A DNA stretch of 64,000 nucleotides from Cyanophyceae cyanobacterium (GTDB lineage: Bacteria > Cyanobacteriota > Cyanobacteriia > Cyanobacteriales > JBHJGN01): assembly GCA_050331735.1 (NCBI GenBank), contig JBHJGN010000049.1:8780-72779 (forward strand). Direction: 5' to 3'. The notes beneath the pieces were generated by a model, which was given only the letters and a program-made list of their open reading frames with translations, had not been told where the DNA came from and searched no databases. Below are positions 9,521 to 19,555 of the stretch, in pieces; the stretch's first letter is position 1; each line of letters begins with the position of its first letter. The translations under genes were made by a program, and so were the position numbers.

Positions 9521-10795
9521 TTACTGAGCTGGTAGTGTTACCTGTAGCCACCCTCCTCCTAACGGATGATTTTTAGCAGCAATCGAGCCGCCATGAGCTT
9601 GAACAATTTGCTGCACTATCGATAGTCCTAAGCCACTGCCATGATGGTCAGCTTCAGTTTCAAGACGTGCTCTAGATGGTTCTCCCCGGTAGAGGCGCTT
9701 GAAAATATGGGGCAGATCGGCTTCAATAAAGCCACCTCCAGAATCAATTATATCAATCTGGATCTGAGGACGAGCACCGTCCTCAGAACTAGCCACACTC
9801 GTCACAGAAACATCAATGTTTCCCCCAGTCGAGCTATGCTTAATCCCATTATCAAACAAATTGAGAAATACCTGAGAGAGACGAGATGCATCTGCCTGAA
9901 GCAGGATAGATTCGGGTCCAGAGTAGTTTAAGGAAACCGCTTTTTTTTGCGCTAGCGGTGCTAACGTTTGCCAGCAGGAAAAAAGCACTTCCCGCAGTTC
10001 AACTGGTTGACAATCAAGATGCCGAGCCGGATCTTCATTGAGTTGACTAATTTCCAACCAGCTTTGCACCAATTGAATCAGGCGAGCCGTTTCCTGCTGC
10101 ATTTGCTCCACCCAGCGTCGCTCTGAATTTTGGAGACGTTTTTCGAGAGCTTCGGCCACCAGCGCCATAGAGGTTAACGGGGTTCTCAACTCGTGGGCTA
10201 AATCGGAAAAAGCGCGATCGCGGGACTGAGATAGCTCCACTAACGGCTGTAAATTTTCCAGAAATACGCTGACATGACCTTGTGCCAACGGATAGCTAGA
10301 GGCTTTGAGGGTAAGTTGAGTCTTCTTATTTTTATCGTCTAAGCGGTGACTGGTGTTGTAATAGACCCATTCCCGAGTCTGAGGCTGTTGCCGTTTGCGG
10401 GTCTTTTCAATTAGCTGATCGAGTTCGTAGGAGCGCACTAACTCTAGCAGTAACCGCACCTGACCTTGCTGCCAGCGATCGATTTTGAGCAATTGACGCG
10501 AGTAAGCGTTACACCACAGCAGTTGGTTCTCTTCATCAACACGAAGATAGCCAATGGCAGCTTGGTCCAAAAGCCAGTACCAGGTTTGCAGTTCCTCCTC
10601 CCTCTGTTGGCAGTCAGCAACAAGACGCACAACCTCCCGACGGACCAAAGACACACTCGACATTGAAGGCACCAGCTCGGCATTAGTTAACGAGCACAGC
10701 ATCTGCCTCAACTGCTGTTTGAGCCGGTAACGATTCCAGCAGTCGATCCCTAGTCCTAGGAACACTCCAAAAACGAAGGCAAGAAGAGTAGTCAT
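9521..10795 (-). CDS. sphS: Phosphate sensor histidine kinase SphS (PhoR-like)
   Basis: H-box DLAHELRTPL, N-box NLFDNGIKHS, G-boxes; N-terminal TM and PAS-like region; lies between phoU and the OmpR-family regulator. Confidence 0.85.
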   Translation of the reverse strand: MTTLLAFVFGVFLGLGIDCWNRYRLKQQLRQMLCSLTNAELVPSMSSVSLVRREVVRLVADCQQREEELQTWYWLLDQAAIGYLRVDEENQLLWCNAYSRQLLKIDRWQQGQVRLLLELVRSYELDQLIEKTRKRQQPQTREWVYYNTSHRLDDKNKKTQLTLKASSYPLAQGHVSVFLENLQPLVELSQSRDRAFSDLAHELRTPLTSMALVAEALEKRLQNSERRWVEQMQQETARLIQLVQSWLEISQLNEDPARHLDCQPVELREVLFSCWQTLAPLAQKKAVSLNYSGPESILLQADASRLSQVFLNLFDNGIKHSSTGGNIDVSVTSVASSEDGARPQIQIDIIDSGGGFIEADLPHIFKRLYRGEPSRARLETEADHHGSGLGLSIVQQIVQAHGGSIAAKNHPLGGGWLQVTLPAQ

Positions 10796-10956
10796 TAGCT
10801 GCTAGTTTACTCCCATAAGGGGGTAGAGTATCGATTGCTGAAGTACCAAACAGGAGTGGCTAATGACTAAGCTGCATGTTTATAGCAGAGAACTAGGCTT
10901 GGCGAATCGCTTGTTTCGGCTCATCGCTAGCAGCTAGACGCTCTTTAGAGCAGGGA

Positions 10957-11709
10957 TTACCCAAAGCGATAGCCAAACCCGCGAACAGTAATCAGATATT
11001 CTGGCTGACTTGGATCTTGCTCAAGCTTTTCGCGGAGCCAGCGAATGTGAACGTCCACTGTTTTAGTATCTCCTAAAAAATCTGGTCCCCAAACTCGCTC
11101 AATGAGCTGCTCCCGCGACCAGACTCGCCGGGGATAGCTCATGAACAGTTCCAGCAACCGAAATTCTTTCGGAGACAGGCTGGCTTCGTTTCCCCGCACC
11201 GTGACGCGGCATTCTTGCGGATAGAGATGAATCTCCCGATATTGCTGAAGGGAAGCATGGGACGAAACGCTGTAGCTTTGGCGACGAATCAAAGCCCGAC
11301 AGCGAGCCACCAGTTCTCGCATACTAAAAGGCTTAGTGAGGTAGTCGTCTGCTCCCACTTCTAAGCCCAACACTCGATCTGTTTCACTGGCTTTGGCACT
11401 CAGAATCAAAATTGGAATCGTATTCCCCTCATAGCGTAATAAACGACAAATATCTAACCCATTAATTTGAGGCAGCATGAGATCGAGAATCACCAAGTCA
11501 AAGGGAAACTCAGTCTCGCTGGCCGGAGAATTTTGCAGAAATTTTAGTGCGGTCCGCCCATCGTTGGCCGTACTAACCTCATACCCTTCCTCCTCCAGTG
11601 CTAAAACGATCATGTCTCGAATTAAATCTTCATCCTCGACGACAAGAATGCGGCTTGCCTGTACTAACTTAGAACTAGGAGAACTTTGAGGAATGTCCAG
11701 GGATAGCAT
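10957..11709 (-). CDS. sphR: Phosphate regulon response regulator SphR (PhoB-like)
   Basis: REC domain (LVVEDE, ILDLMLP, DDYLTKPF) plus winged helix (KTVDVHIRWLREK, TVRGFGYRFG). Start moved to ATG 11709 (MLSLD). Confidence 0.88.
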   Translation of the reverse strand: MLSLDIPQSSPSSKLVQASRILVVEDEDLIRDMIVLALEEEGYEVSTANDGRTALKFLQNSPASETEFPFDLVILDLMLPQINGLDICRLLRYEGNTIPILILSAKASETDRVLGLEVGADDYLTKPFSMRELVARCRALIRRQSYSVSSHASLQQYREIHLYPQECRVTVRGNEASLSPKEFRLLELFMSYPRRVWSREQLIERVWGPDFLGDTKTVDVHIRWLREKLEQDPSQPEYLITVRGFGYRFG

Positions 11710-11883
11710 AAAAGTATTTAATTTATTTGCTCTATGCTCACATATACAACAAAACCTGTGGTTTTGATCTAAGCAATTGGGATTAACCAAGGCTTGACAG
11801 GCGACACAAGCCCCCGAATCGAATTCGGGGAGCGCGCCTTTACTTTTAGCATAGATCTATGTCGTTCCAAAAGTCTAATCAGC

Positions 11884-12630
11884 ATGTTACTGCATTTAAG
11901 CACCTGGCAAGAGGTCGAAACCTATTTACAAACATCTCAAGGCATGATTCTGCCGATCGGCTCAACCGAACAACACGGGCCAACAGGGTTAATCGGGACT
12001 GATGCTATCTGCGCAGAGGCGATCGCTGCCGGAGTGGGAGAAGCGACCGGGGCCCTCGTCGGTCCAACAATTAACGTGGGGATGGCGCTTCACCATACCG
12101 AGTTTCCCGGCACGATCAGCCTGCGTCCCAGTACGCTCATTGCCGTTATCCTAGACTATACAACTTGCCTGGTGCGGGCTGGTTTCACTCGCTTTTTCTT
12201 CATCAACGGACACGGCGGCAACATCGCGACCCTCAAAGCCGCCTTTGCTGAAACCTACTACCACTTGAGCCATCTTCCTCTTCCCCACGCCACTGCCGTT
12301 CAGTGTCGCCTCGGCAACTGGTTTATGTGTCGCTCCGTTTACCAGCTTGCCAAAGAACTATACGGGAATCAGGAAGGCTCTCACGCAACTCCCAGCGAAG
12401 TCGCTCTTACCCAATATGTTTATCCGGAGTCTATCAAGCAGGCTCCCCTAGCAGACGTCGCCTCTGGATATCCTATCTATGGCGCTGCCAACTTCCGCGA
12501 GCGCTACCCTGATGGACGCATGGGGTCCAACCCCGCCCTCGCCACGCCAGAACACGGCAAGCAACTTTACGACCGAGCCGTTGAAGAACTCAGCAAAACC
12601 TATCTAGAGTTTGTTAATAGTGAACAATAG
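11884..12630 (+). CDS. Creatininase-family amidohydrolase
   Basis: PIGSTEQHG, NGHGGN and GSHATPSE motifs; probable start MLLHLSTW at 11884. Confidence 0.88.
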   Translation: MLLHLSTWQEVETYLQTSQGMILPIGSTEQHGPTGLIGTDAICAEAIAAGVGEATGALVGPTINVGMALHHTEFPGTISLRPSTLIAVILDYTTCLVRAGFTRFFFINGHGGNIATLKAAFAETYYHLSHLPLPHATAVQCRLGNWFMCRSVYQLAKELYGNQEGSHATPSEVALTQYVYPESIKQAPLADVASGYPIYGAANFRERYPDGRMGSNPALATPEHGKQLYDRAVEELSKTYLEFVNSEQ

Positions 12631-12673
12631 GCCACGAACAATCAACGTTTGGTTTCTGTTGATTGTTCGTGGC
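12631..12673. terminator. Perfect 16-bp inverted repeat filling the gap between convergent genes (likely bidirectional terminator)
   Basis: GCCACGAACAATCAAC, 11-nt loop, GTTGATTGTTCGTGGC. Confidence 0.7.
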
Positions 12674-13267
12674 TCAAAAACTATAGCGTTCTTCTGCCCA
12701 GGGTTCTCCCCGGCGATGATAGCCGTTGCGTTCCCAAAATCCCATTTCTTCTCGATCGAGAAATTCGATGCCGTTGATCCACTTAGCGCTTTTCCAGGCG
12801 TAAAGATGAGGCACCACTAACCGCATCGGCCCCCCGTGTTCTGCCGGGAGGGGATCTCCGAAGAGCCTATGGGCAAAAAAGTTTTCTTCCCGCACAAAGT
12901 CCTCTAGAGCAAGGTTGGTCGTATAGCCACCGTAACAGTGCTCCATAATGTGAGTGGCTCTGGGATCGAGTTCGACTAGCTTCATCAAGTCGGTCACTTT
13001 GATGCCCGTCCACTTAACATCCAATTTAGACCAGCGCGTGACGCAGTGAAAATCTTCGGTAAACTCGTGCTGCGGCAGCTCCATAAAATCTGACCACGAC
13101 AGCGACTGGGGGGCTGCTAACCCCCAAACCCGAAACTCCCAATCATCCGAGTTGACGCGGGGGGTTTCTCCATAGGTCAGCACCGGAAACCCCTTGGTTA
13201 AGTACTGACCAGGAGGCACACGATCGCTCTGGGAGGAGTCTGGCTTTTGAAAAAACTTTCCTAACAT
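12674..13267 (-). CDS. Sulfite oxidase-like molybdopterin oxidoreductase
   Basis: RVPPGQ, DFHCVTRWS (Moco Cys), HGGPMRLVVPHLYAWKSAKW and GFWERNGYH motifs. Confidence 0.88.
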   Translation of the reverse strand: MLGKFFQKPDSSQSDRVPPGQYLTKGFPVLTYGETPRVNSDDWEFRVWGLAAPQSLSWSDFMELPQHEFTEDFHCVTRWSKLDVKWTGIKVTDLMKLVELDPRATHIMEHCYGGYTTNLALEDFVREENFFAHRLFGDPLPAEHGGPMRLVVPHLYAWKSAKWINGIEFLDREEMGFWERNGYHRRGEPWAEERYSF

Positions 13268-13340
13268 GCTCTTTAAAATTAAAAATGCAAAATTAAGCCT
13301 TAGTAATTTTCACAGGGCAAATCTTTAATGACTCCGTACT

Positions 13341-13369
13341 CAAACGGAGATTGGGTTTCTTGCCGTTTG
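13341..13369 (-). terminator. Hairpin just downstream of rpmF
   Basis: CAAACGG...CCGTTTG stem 3 nt after the rpmF stop. Confidence 0.5.
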
Positions 13370-13372
13370 GGC

Positions 13373-13546
13373 TTAATCTTCTTCCTCTTCCTCTGAAGAT
13401 GGATAGACAAAGCTATTCGAGCGTCCGGTTAACACTGATTTGCCCAGGGAAAGCGCTTTTTGAGCTTCGAGGGCGGCTTTTCTCTTCCAGTGGGCTTTGC
13501 GCTGATTTCTTTTGGTTTTGGAGGTCTTTTTCTTAGGAACAGCCAT
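13373..13546 (-). CDS. rpmF: 50S ribosomal protein L32 (57 aa; absent from the ORF track)
   Basis: Hand translation: [57 protein letters not shown]. Confidence 0.95.
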   Translation of the reverse strand: MAVPKKKTSKTKRNQRKAHWKRKAALEAQKALSLGKSVLTGRSNSFVYPSSEEEEED

Positions 13547-13652
13547 ACTTGGTTACCTTTTACTAATTAGCCTTACCATTTTAGAAGATGAATGCAGGAT
13601 GAGCATTAAAAACTGAATCACCCCCGAAGGTCCGGCTCATCCTGGATATTTT

Positions 13653-15398
13653 CTAGGAGGCAACGGTGGCGGTAGAACGCCGCCGGCGATAGGTTCTGGT
13701 GTCTTGTTCTGGCGGGGCGATTGTCTGTAGGGAGAAAATGACCAGCGGATAGCTTTGCAGTTCTCGACGGGCCAGACGCTGGAGACTGCTTTCGATTTCT
13801 TGACGCAGGTTCTCCCAGTCAACATCGACTGAGCCATCATTATGAGAATCGAGGCGATCGCTCAACGCTTTTTCAATGGTGCGATTAACGAGATCCTGCA
13901 AAAATGATTTTTTCACCGTTGTGACCACACCTTTCCAGATGATTTCTGGCGGAGTTACTAAGTTACCGTCGCTGTCAACAGTGACGGCTACAGCGATCAC
14001 GCCGTCCTCGGCTAGCTGCTGTCGTTCTTGGAGCGTATTTCTGTGAACGACTCCAGCGCGGTCTACGAGCTCAATCCCGGCAGGAACCTGCCCAATGATG
14101 CCAATGCCATCCTCGGCTACTTCAACAACATCACCATTATGGATAATCACGGTGTTTTCTGGAGCAATTCCCATACTGTGAGCCATCTGCGCGTGCTGCG
14201 TCAGCATCCGATGTTCTCCATGAACGGGAATGAAATACCGAGGGCGCGTCAAAGCGAGCATCAGCTTTTGGTCTTCTTGGGAACCGTGGCCTGAGACGTG
14301 AATGCCTTCGTGACGACCATAAACGACCGTGGCTCCCTGCATCATCAAACGATCGATAGTATTAACGACGGCAATGGTATTGCCAGGGATGGGATTGGCG
14401 GAAAAGACCACGGTATCGCCAGAGCGGATTTTAACGTGTCGATGTTCGCCCCAAGAAATTCGGGTGAGGGCAGAAAGAGGTTCTCCTTGAGAACCAGTCG
14501 TCAGGATCAAGATCTGCTCATCGCTGAGGCGGCCAATTTGCCTGATCGGCTCAAACAGACTATCGGGACATTTGATGTAGCCTAAGTTACGGGCATGAGC
14601 AATAATATTGAGCATAGAACGCCCAACGACAGCGACCTTGCGATTGTGCTTCTGGGCCAGTTCTAAAATCATATTGACCCGATGGACAGAGGAGGCAAAC
14701 GTCGTTACCAGCAGCCGCCCCGGTGCCTGAGCGATCGCGCGATCTAGATTCGGAAAAACAGAGCGTTCTGATGGAGTGTAACCCGGTACTTCAGCGTTGG
14801 TAGAATCGCTTAAAAGACACAAAACGCCCTGTTCGCCGTACTTGGCTAGCTTTTGTAAATCAAAGTATTCTCCATCGACGGGGGTGTGATCGACCTTGAA
14901 ATCTCCGCTGTGGATAACGATGCCCAGAGGAGTCCGAATCGCTACGGTAAAGCTATCGGAAATCGAATGGGTGTTCCGCAAAAATTCCACGGAAAACGAC
15001 TGGCCAATCCGGACAGTTTCGCGCGGAAGAACGCTTTTTAGGTGAGTCCGGTCTTTCACTCCGGCCTCTTCTAGTTTGTCCCGCAGCAACGCCATGGCGA
15101 GACGAGGACCGTAAATAATCGGGACGTCGAACTGTTTTAAATGGTAGGGAATGCCGCCGATATGATCTTCATGACCGTGGGTGACGATCATCCCTCGAAT
15201 TTTGTGGCGATTTTCCCGGAGGTAAGTTGTATCGGGAAGAACGACGTTGACGCCGTGCATGTCATCGCTGGGAAAAGCAATGCCAGCGTCGAGCAGCAGA
15301 ATTTCGTCGTTGTATTCAAATACACAGGTGTTCTTGCCAATCTCGTGCAGACCACCCAAAGGAATAATTTTAAGTGTATTGGCTTCGTCTTGTTTCAT
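13653..15398 (-). CDS. rnj: Ribonuclease J
   Basis: PLGGLHEIGKN, THGHEDHIGG, DSTNA, HVSGH and PVHGE MBL/beta-CASP motifs; AAGGAGG RBS upstream. Confidence 0.95.
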   Translation of the reverse strand: MKQDEANTLKIIPLGGLHEIGKNTCVFEYNDEILLLDAGIAFPSDDMHGVNVVLPDTTYLRENRHKIRGMIVTHGHEDHIGGIPYHLKQFDVPIIYGPRLAMALLRDKLEEAGVKDRTHLKSVLPRETVRIGQSFSVEFLRNTHSISDSFTVAIRTPLGIVIHSGDFKVDHTPVDGEYFDLQKLAKYGEQGVLCLLSDSTNAEVPGYTPSERSVFPNLDRAIAQAPGRLLVTTFASSVHRVNMILELAQKHNRKVAVVGRSMLNIIAHARNLGYIKCPDSLFEPIRQIGRLSDEQILILTTGSQGEPLSALTRISWGEHRHVKIRSGDTVVFSANPIPGNTIAVVNTIDRLMMQGATVVYGRHEGIHVSGHGSQEDQKLMLALTRPRYFIPVHGEHRMLTQHAQMAHSMGIAPENTVIIHNGDVVEVAEDGIGIIGQVPAGIELVDRAGVVHRNTLQERQQLAEDGVIAVAVTVDSDGNLVTPPEIIWKGVVTTVKKSFLQDLVNRTIEKALSDRLDSHNDGSVDVDWENLRQEIESSLQRLARRELQSYPLVIFSLQTIAPPEQDTRTYRRRRSTATVAS

Positions 15399-15810
15399 TT
15401 GCCTCCTTCGTATTTATCTCATTGGTCGGTGTTGCTTAAAACGGTGTTTAGATACTGCAAATTTTATAAAGGTTAAAATAAAAAGCTCACGCTCGAAGCA
15501 GCGGGATTGCCTCTGAAAGCCAGCTTATTTTCGATAGTTTTAATAAAAGCTCAGCTCAAGACTTTTAGAAATTCACAGAATCGGTCTCGAATTGCTGCGA
15601 CTCTGTTATGTTAATAGATTAAAATATTAATATACTTATATTAACAGTTTAAATTTAAAAATTCGCAACTCTTCTGCATCAATGAGGCCGGTAGAAGAAG
15701 TTGTGATTCCGCCGAGGCAAGCTGACTCAAGGCGGCTTCGCTGAGGAGAGCCACAGGCTACGGCGAGCAAAACTTCTAGAGCAGCCACGATTTTAGTTCT
15801 TGTTGTGAGT

Positions 15811-16854
15811 TTAAACAGACGCGCTGGGCATCAGGGAGCGCAGCAGATTTTCTTGCAGCAGGAGTTCAGCAATTTGTACAGCGTTCAGCGCCGCTCCTTT
15901 GCGAATTTGATCGCCACAGAGCCAGAGTTCTAAACCGCAGGAATGAGAAAGATCCTGGCGAATTCTTCCAACGAGCACCTCATCTCGCCCCGTTGCCTCT
16001 ATTGGCATCGGAAAATAATTGGCCTGCCAATCCTCGACCAATCTTACTCCCGGAGCAGATGACAAAGTTTTTCTCGCCTCTTCGACAGCAAAGGGCTGCT
16101 CAAATTCGAGATTGATGGCTTCTGAATGAGCCCGGAGAATCGGCACCCGTACGCAGGTAGCGCTTAAGCGCAAGTTTTGATCGCCAAATATTTTTCGCGT
16201 CTCGTTGATCATTTTCATCTCCTCCTCGCAGTACCCTAGCTCATTCAGAGGAGAATTGTGCGGAAAGAGATTGAACGCCAAAGGATAAGGAAAAACTTCA
16301 GGCTGAGGGGATTGCTGGTTTAGCACAGCCTGCGCTTGAGCTTTAACTTCTGCCATCGCTCGATTCCCAGCGCCGCTGGCCGATTGATAGGTTGCCGCGA
16401 CTATCCGCTGAATCGGCTGCACCTGATGCAGGGGCCAGACTGCCATGCCCATGAGAATCGTTGTACAGTTAGGGTTGGCAATAATGCCCCGATGCTGAGC
16501 CGCTGCTTGGGGATTGATCTCTGGGACGACTAACGGCACTTCGCTGACCATCCGAAAAGCGCTAGAGTTATCGACTATCACGGCTCCAGCTTCAACAATT
16601 TTGGCTGCCCAAGTTTTGGAGGCCGTGCTGCCAGCCGAAGCAAGCACTAAATCAATTCCTTGAAACGAATCTTCGCTGACTGATTCTACCGGGACTGTTT
16701 CTCCTTGAAAGGGAAGAGTTGTGCCGGCAGAACGAGGCGAAGCCAGCAACTTGAGGCGCTGAATCGGAAACCGACGCTCTTCTAAAATTTTAATTAACTC
16801 CAGACCAACGGCTCCCGTTGCCCCTAGAATGGCAAGATTAACTTGGCTCGTCAC
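15811..16854 (-). CDS. asd: Aspartate-semialdehyde dehydrogenase
   Basis: GATGAVG, DNSSAFRM, ANPNCTT, TYQSASGAG and DQIRKGAALNAVQIAE motifs. Confidence 0.96.
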   Translation of the reverse strand: MTSQVNLAILGATGAVGLELIKILEERRFPIQRLKLLASPRSAGTTLPFQGETVPVESVSEDSFQGIDLVLASAGSTASKTWAAKIVEAGAVIVDNSSAFRMVSEVPLVVPEINPQAAAQHRGIIANPNCTTILMGMAVWPLHQVQPIQRIVAATYQSASGAGNRAMAEVKAQAQAVLNQQSPQPEVFPYPLAFNLFPHNSPLNELGYCEEEMKMINETRKIFGDQNLRLSATCVRVPILRAHSEAINLEFEQPFAVEEARKTLSSAPGVRLVEDWQANYFPMPIEATGRDEVLVGRIRQDLSHSCGLELWLCGDQIRKGAALNAVQIAELLLQENLLRSLMPSASV

Positions 16855-17221
16855 TGTTTTTCCTCTTAAACGTTATTCATCGTAGACGCGATCGCACTCA
16901 ACATCTGCTGGTCTATATGAAATTATTCTAGTTTACGCTATCAGCTTCACAAGCTCGCGACCATCAGAGCATAGCATCAATTTTAAACAACGCCTCAAGA
17001 AAGAGATGGCCTTATTCACCGATGAATGATGATTCCTCCCCATACAGCTCAGCAGTCCGCCAAAATTCCCGCTGCTCATCTCGCATAAAACTCAGGAAGT
17101 TGTTGCAAACAGTTCAGGGACATCTGCCACAATAGAATATTGCTAGGAGCAGTTTGAATTTCTCTTGGAATGGAAACTGACTCTTATCAGAATAGAAATA
17201 AAGTCAAGAGTAAAGTGTCAC

Positions 17222-18667
17222 ATGAAAGTTACTCAGGAGAAGCTTCCTGCCAGCCGTATCGGCTTAGAAATAGAAATTTCTGCAGAAACGTCGCAACAGA
17301 CCTACGAAAAAGTGGTTCAAAACCTGGCTCGTTCTGCTAATATTCCTGGGTTTCGCAAAGGCAAAGTACCGCGCCCAATTTTAATTCAGCGACTGGGAGC
17401 CCAGCGCATCAAGGCAGCCGCTCTTGAAGAAATGATTCAAAACTCTCTCAAAGAAGCCGTTGAGAGCGAATCGATTGAATCTTTGGGGAACTATCAGCTT
17501 CGCTCTCAGTTTGAAGAATTGATTGAGCAGTATCAGCCTGGAAAACCGTTCACGTTTTCAGCGTCTGTAGACGTGCCGCCGGAAGTACAGCTAGGAGACT
17601 ACCAAAATCTGTCGGTGATAGCAGAGGAAACGACCTACGAGAATACCAAGGTTGATGAATTTTTAGAGCAGCAGCGTACTCAACAGGCAACACTCGTCCC
17701 GGTCGAAGACCGTCCGGCGCAAATGCTGGATGTGGCGGTGGTAGACTACACGGCCCGCTCGCTTACCGAGTCAGGAGAACCTGGAGACGTCATTCCAGAT
17801 GTGCAAGCCACTGATTTCCAGGTTGAGCTAGAAGCAGGAAAATTTGTTGAAGGCTTGGTCGCGGGAATCGTTGGCATGAATTTGGAGGAAACGAAAGCAA
17901 TTACCGTGACCTTTCCCACAGATTATCCGAGAGAAGACTTAGCCGGAAAGCCAGTTCTGTTTACGGTAACGCTTAAAGAACTTAAGGAAAAAGAGCTGCC
18001 AGAGTTGGACGACGACTTTGCTGAGGAAGTGAGCGAGTTTGAAACTATGGCGGAGTTTCGAGAGTCCTTGGAGACTCAGTTTCAAGAGAAAGCCGAGCGC
18101 GAGACGAAAAGCAGTATACACCAGGCGATTATCGCCAAGCTACTGGAGCAAAGCACCATTGATTTACCCGAATCGATGGTGGAAAAAGAAGTTGATAATC
18201 TGCTGACCCAAACCGCCATGCAAATGCAGAACTACGGTATGGACATCAAGCAACTATTTACGGCAGAAATGATTCCGCAGATGCGTCAGCGATCGCGTCC
18301 AGAGGCCATTGAGCGCATTAAGCAATCGTTGATTCTCGCAGAAATAGCCAAGCAAGAATCGCTCGAGGTTGAGCCAGAAGCGATTGAGGCAAGAGTCACA
18401 GAAATCAGTGAACAGATGCGAGAGCGAGAATTTGATTTAGAGCGGTTGCGCGAGGCTGTAGCTGAAGAATTGTTAACTGAAAAAACCCTGGACTGGCTTC
18501 AGGAGCAAGCCACCATCGAACTCGTGAGCGCCGGGAGTTTGGCAGAGCCAGAGGAAGAATTATCAACAGATCCCGCTACTGAAGAGGAAGCCGTCGTGGA
18601 CACATCGGCAGAAGCCGTCCGAGACGAAGAGGAAGCCGTCGTGGACAAACCGGCTGAGCCGCAATAA
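17222..18667 (+). CDS. tig: Trigger factor
   Basis: IPGFRKGKVP signature; start MKVTQEK at 17222; upstream of clpP-clpX. Confidence 0.95.
   Translation: MKVTQEKLPASRIGLEIEISAETSQQTYEKVVQNLARSANIPGFRKGKVPRPILIQRLGAQRIKAAALEEMIQNSLKEAVESESIESLGNYQLRSQFEELIEQYQPGKPFTFSASVDVPPEVQLGDYQNLSVIAEETTYENTKVDEFLEQQRTQQATLVPVEDRPAQMLDVAVVDYTARSLTESGEPGDVIPDVQATDFQVELEAGKFVEGLVAGIVGMNLEETKAITVTFPTDYPREDLAGKPVLFTVTLKELKEKELPELDDDFAEEVSEFETMAEFRESLETQFQEKAERETKSSIHQAIIAKLLEQSTIDLPESMVEKEVDNLLTQTAMQMQNYGMDIKQLFTAEMIPQMRQRSRPEAIERIKQSLILAEIAKQESLEVEPEAIEARVTEISEQMREREFDLERLREAVAEELLTEKTLDWLQEQATIELVSAGSLAEPEEELSTDPATEEEAVVDTSAEAVRDEEEAVVDKPAEPQ
18581..18647 (+). repeat. 22-bp direct repeat (45-nt period) in the tig acidic tail
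   Basis: GAAGAGGAAGCCGTCGTGGACA at 18581-18602 and 18626-18647, giving EEEAVVD twice. Confidence 0.85.
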
Positions 18668-18855
18668 AGTAGACAGTCCTTTTCTTGGCTAGCAAGGTTG
18701 TTATTCCGTTCGCTGGCTCCCAATCCCTCAAGAGATAGGGCATAATGTTCACTAGAAGAGCATTTTTTCGATGTTGTTTAGGCTCAAACGGTTTTAAGTT
18801 AATCTCCATTTAATCTACGCAGCAGCCTCGTACAGTTTTTTAAGGGATAAATTTC

Positions 18856-19545
18856 ATGGTTCAATCTAGATCGCCCCAGTATCCAATCGTTAGCTACCAG
18901 CGTCCGCAAATCTACTCGATGAGCCAAAATGTTGTGCCAATGGTGGTAGAACAGTCCGGCATGGGCGAGCGGGCGTTTGATATTTACTCGCGACTGCTGC
19001 GAGAGCGGATCGTGTTTCTGGGCACTCCTGTTGACGATACGGTTGCCGACTCAATCGTGGCTCAATTACTGTTCCTAGAGGCCGAAGATCCAGAGAAGGA
19101 TATTCAGCTTTACATCAACTCTCCTGGAGGCTCCGTTTATGCGGGGATGGCTATATACGATACCATGCAGCAAATTCGCCCGGACGTGGTGACGATCTGC
19201 TTTGGATTAGCGGCTAGCATGGGAGCTTTTCTTCTCTCTGGAGGAACTCAAGGCAAACGGATGGCGCTACCGAGCGCCCGCATTATGATTCACCAGCCTC
19301 TAGGGGGTGCGCAGGGACAAGCCGTTGAAATTGAGATTCAGGCCAAAGAGATTCTCTATATCAAGAAAAAACTTAACGAGTTGCTAGCCGAACACACCGG
19401 ACAACCCTATGAGACAATTGCAAACGATACCGAACGAGATTTCTTCATGTCTTCTCAGGAGGCTAAAGAATACGGCTTGATCGATCAAGTCATTTCTCGA
19501 CCGGAACTGTCTAACCCTGAAGTTCCCGTAACGTCCCTATCTTAA
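18856..19545 (+). CDS. clpP: ATP-dependent Clp protease proteolytic subunit
   Basis: [30 protein letters not shown] (catalytic Ser) and IMIHQP (His). Confidence 0.96.
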   Translation: MVQSRSPQYPIVSYQRPQIYSMSQNVVPMVVEQSGMGERAFDIYSRLLRERIVFLGTPVDDTVADSIVAQLLFLEAEDPEKDIQLYINSPGGSVYAGMAIYDTMQQIRPDVVTICFGLAASMGAFLLSGGTQGKRMALPSARIMIHQPLGGAQGQAVEIEIQAKEILYIKKKLNELLAEHTGQPYETIANDTERDFFMSSQEAKEYGLIDQVISRPELSNPEVPVTSLS

Positions 19546-19555
19546 GAGGATTAGC

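Noticed and set aside
13351..13536. 61-aa plus-strand ORF from the track
   Set aside because: Antisense shadow of rpmF.
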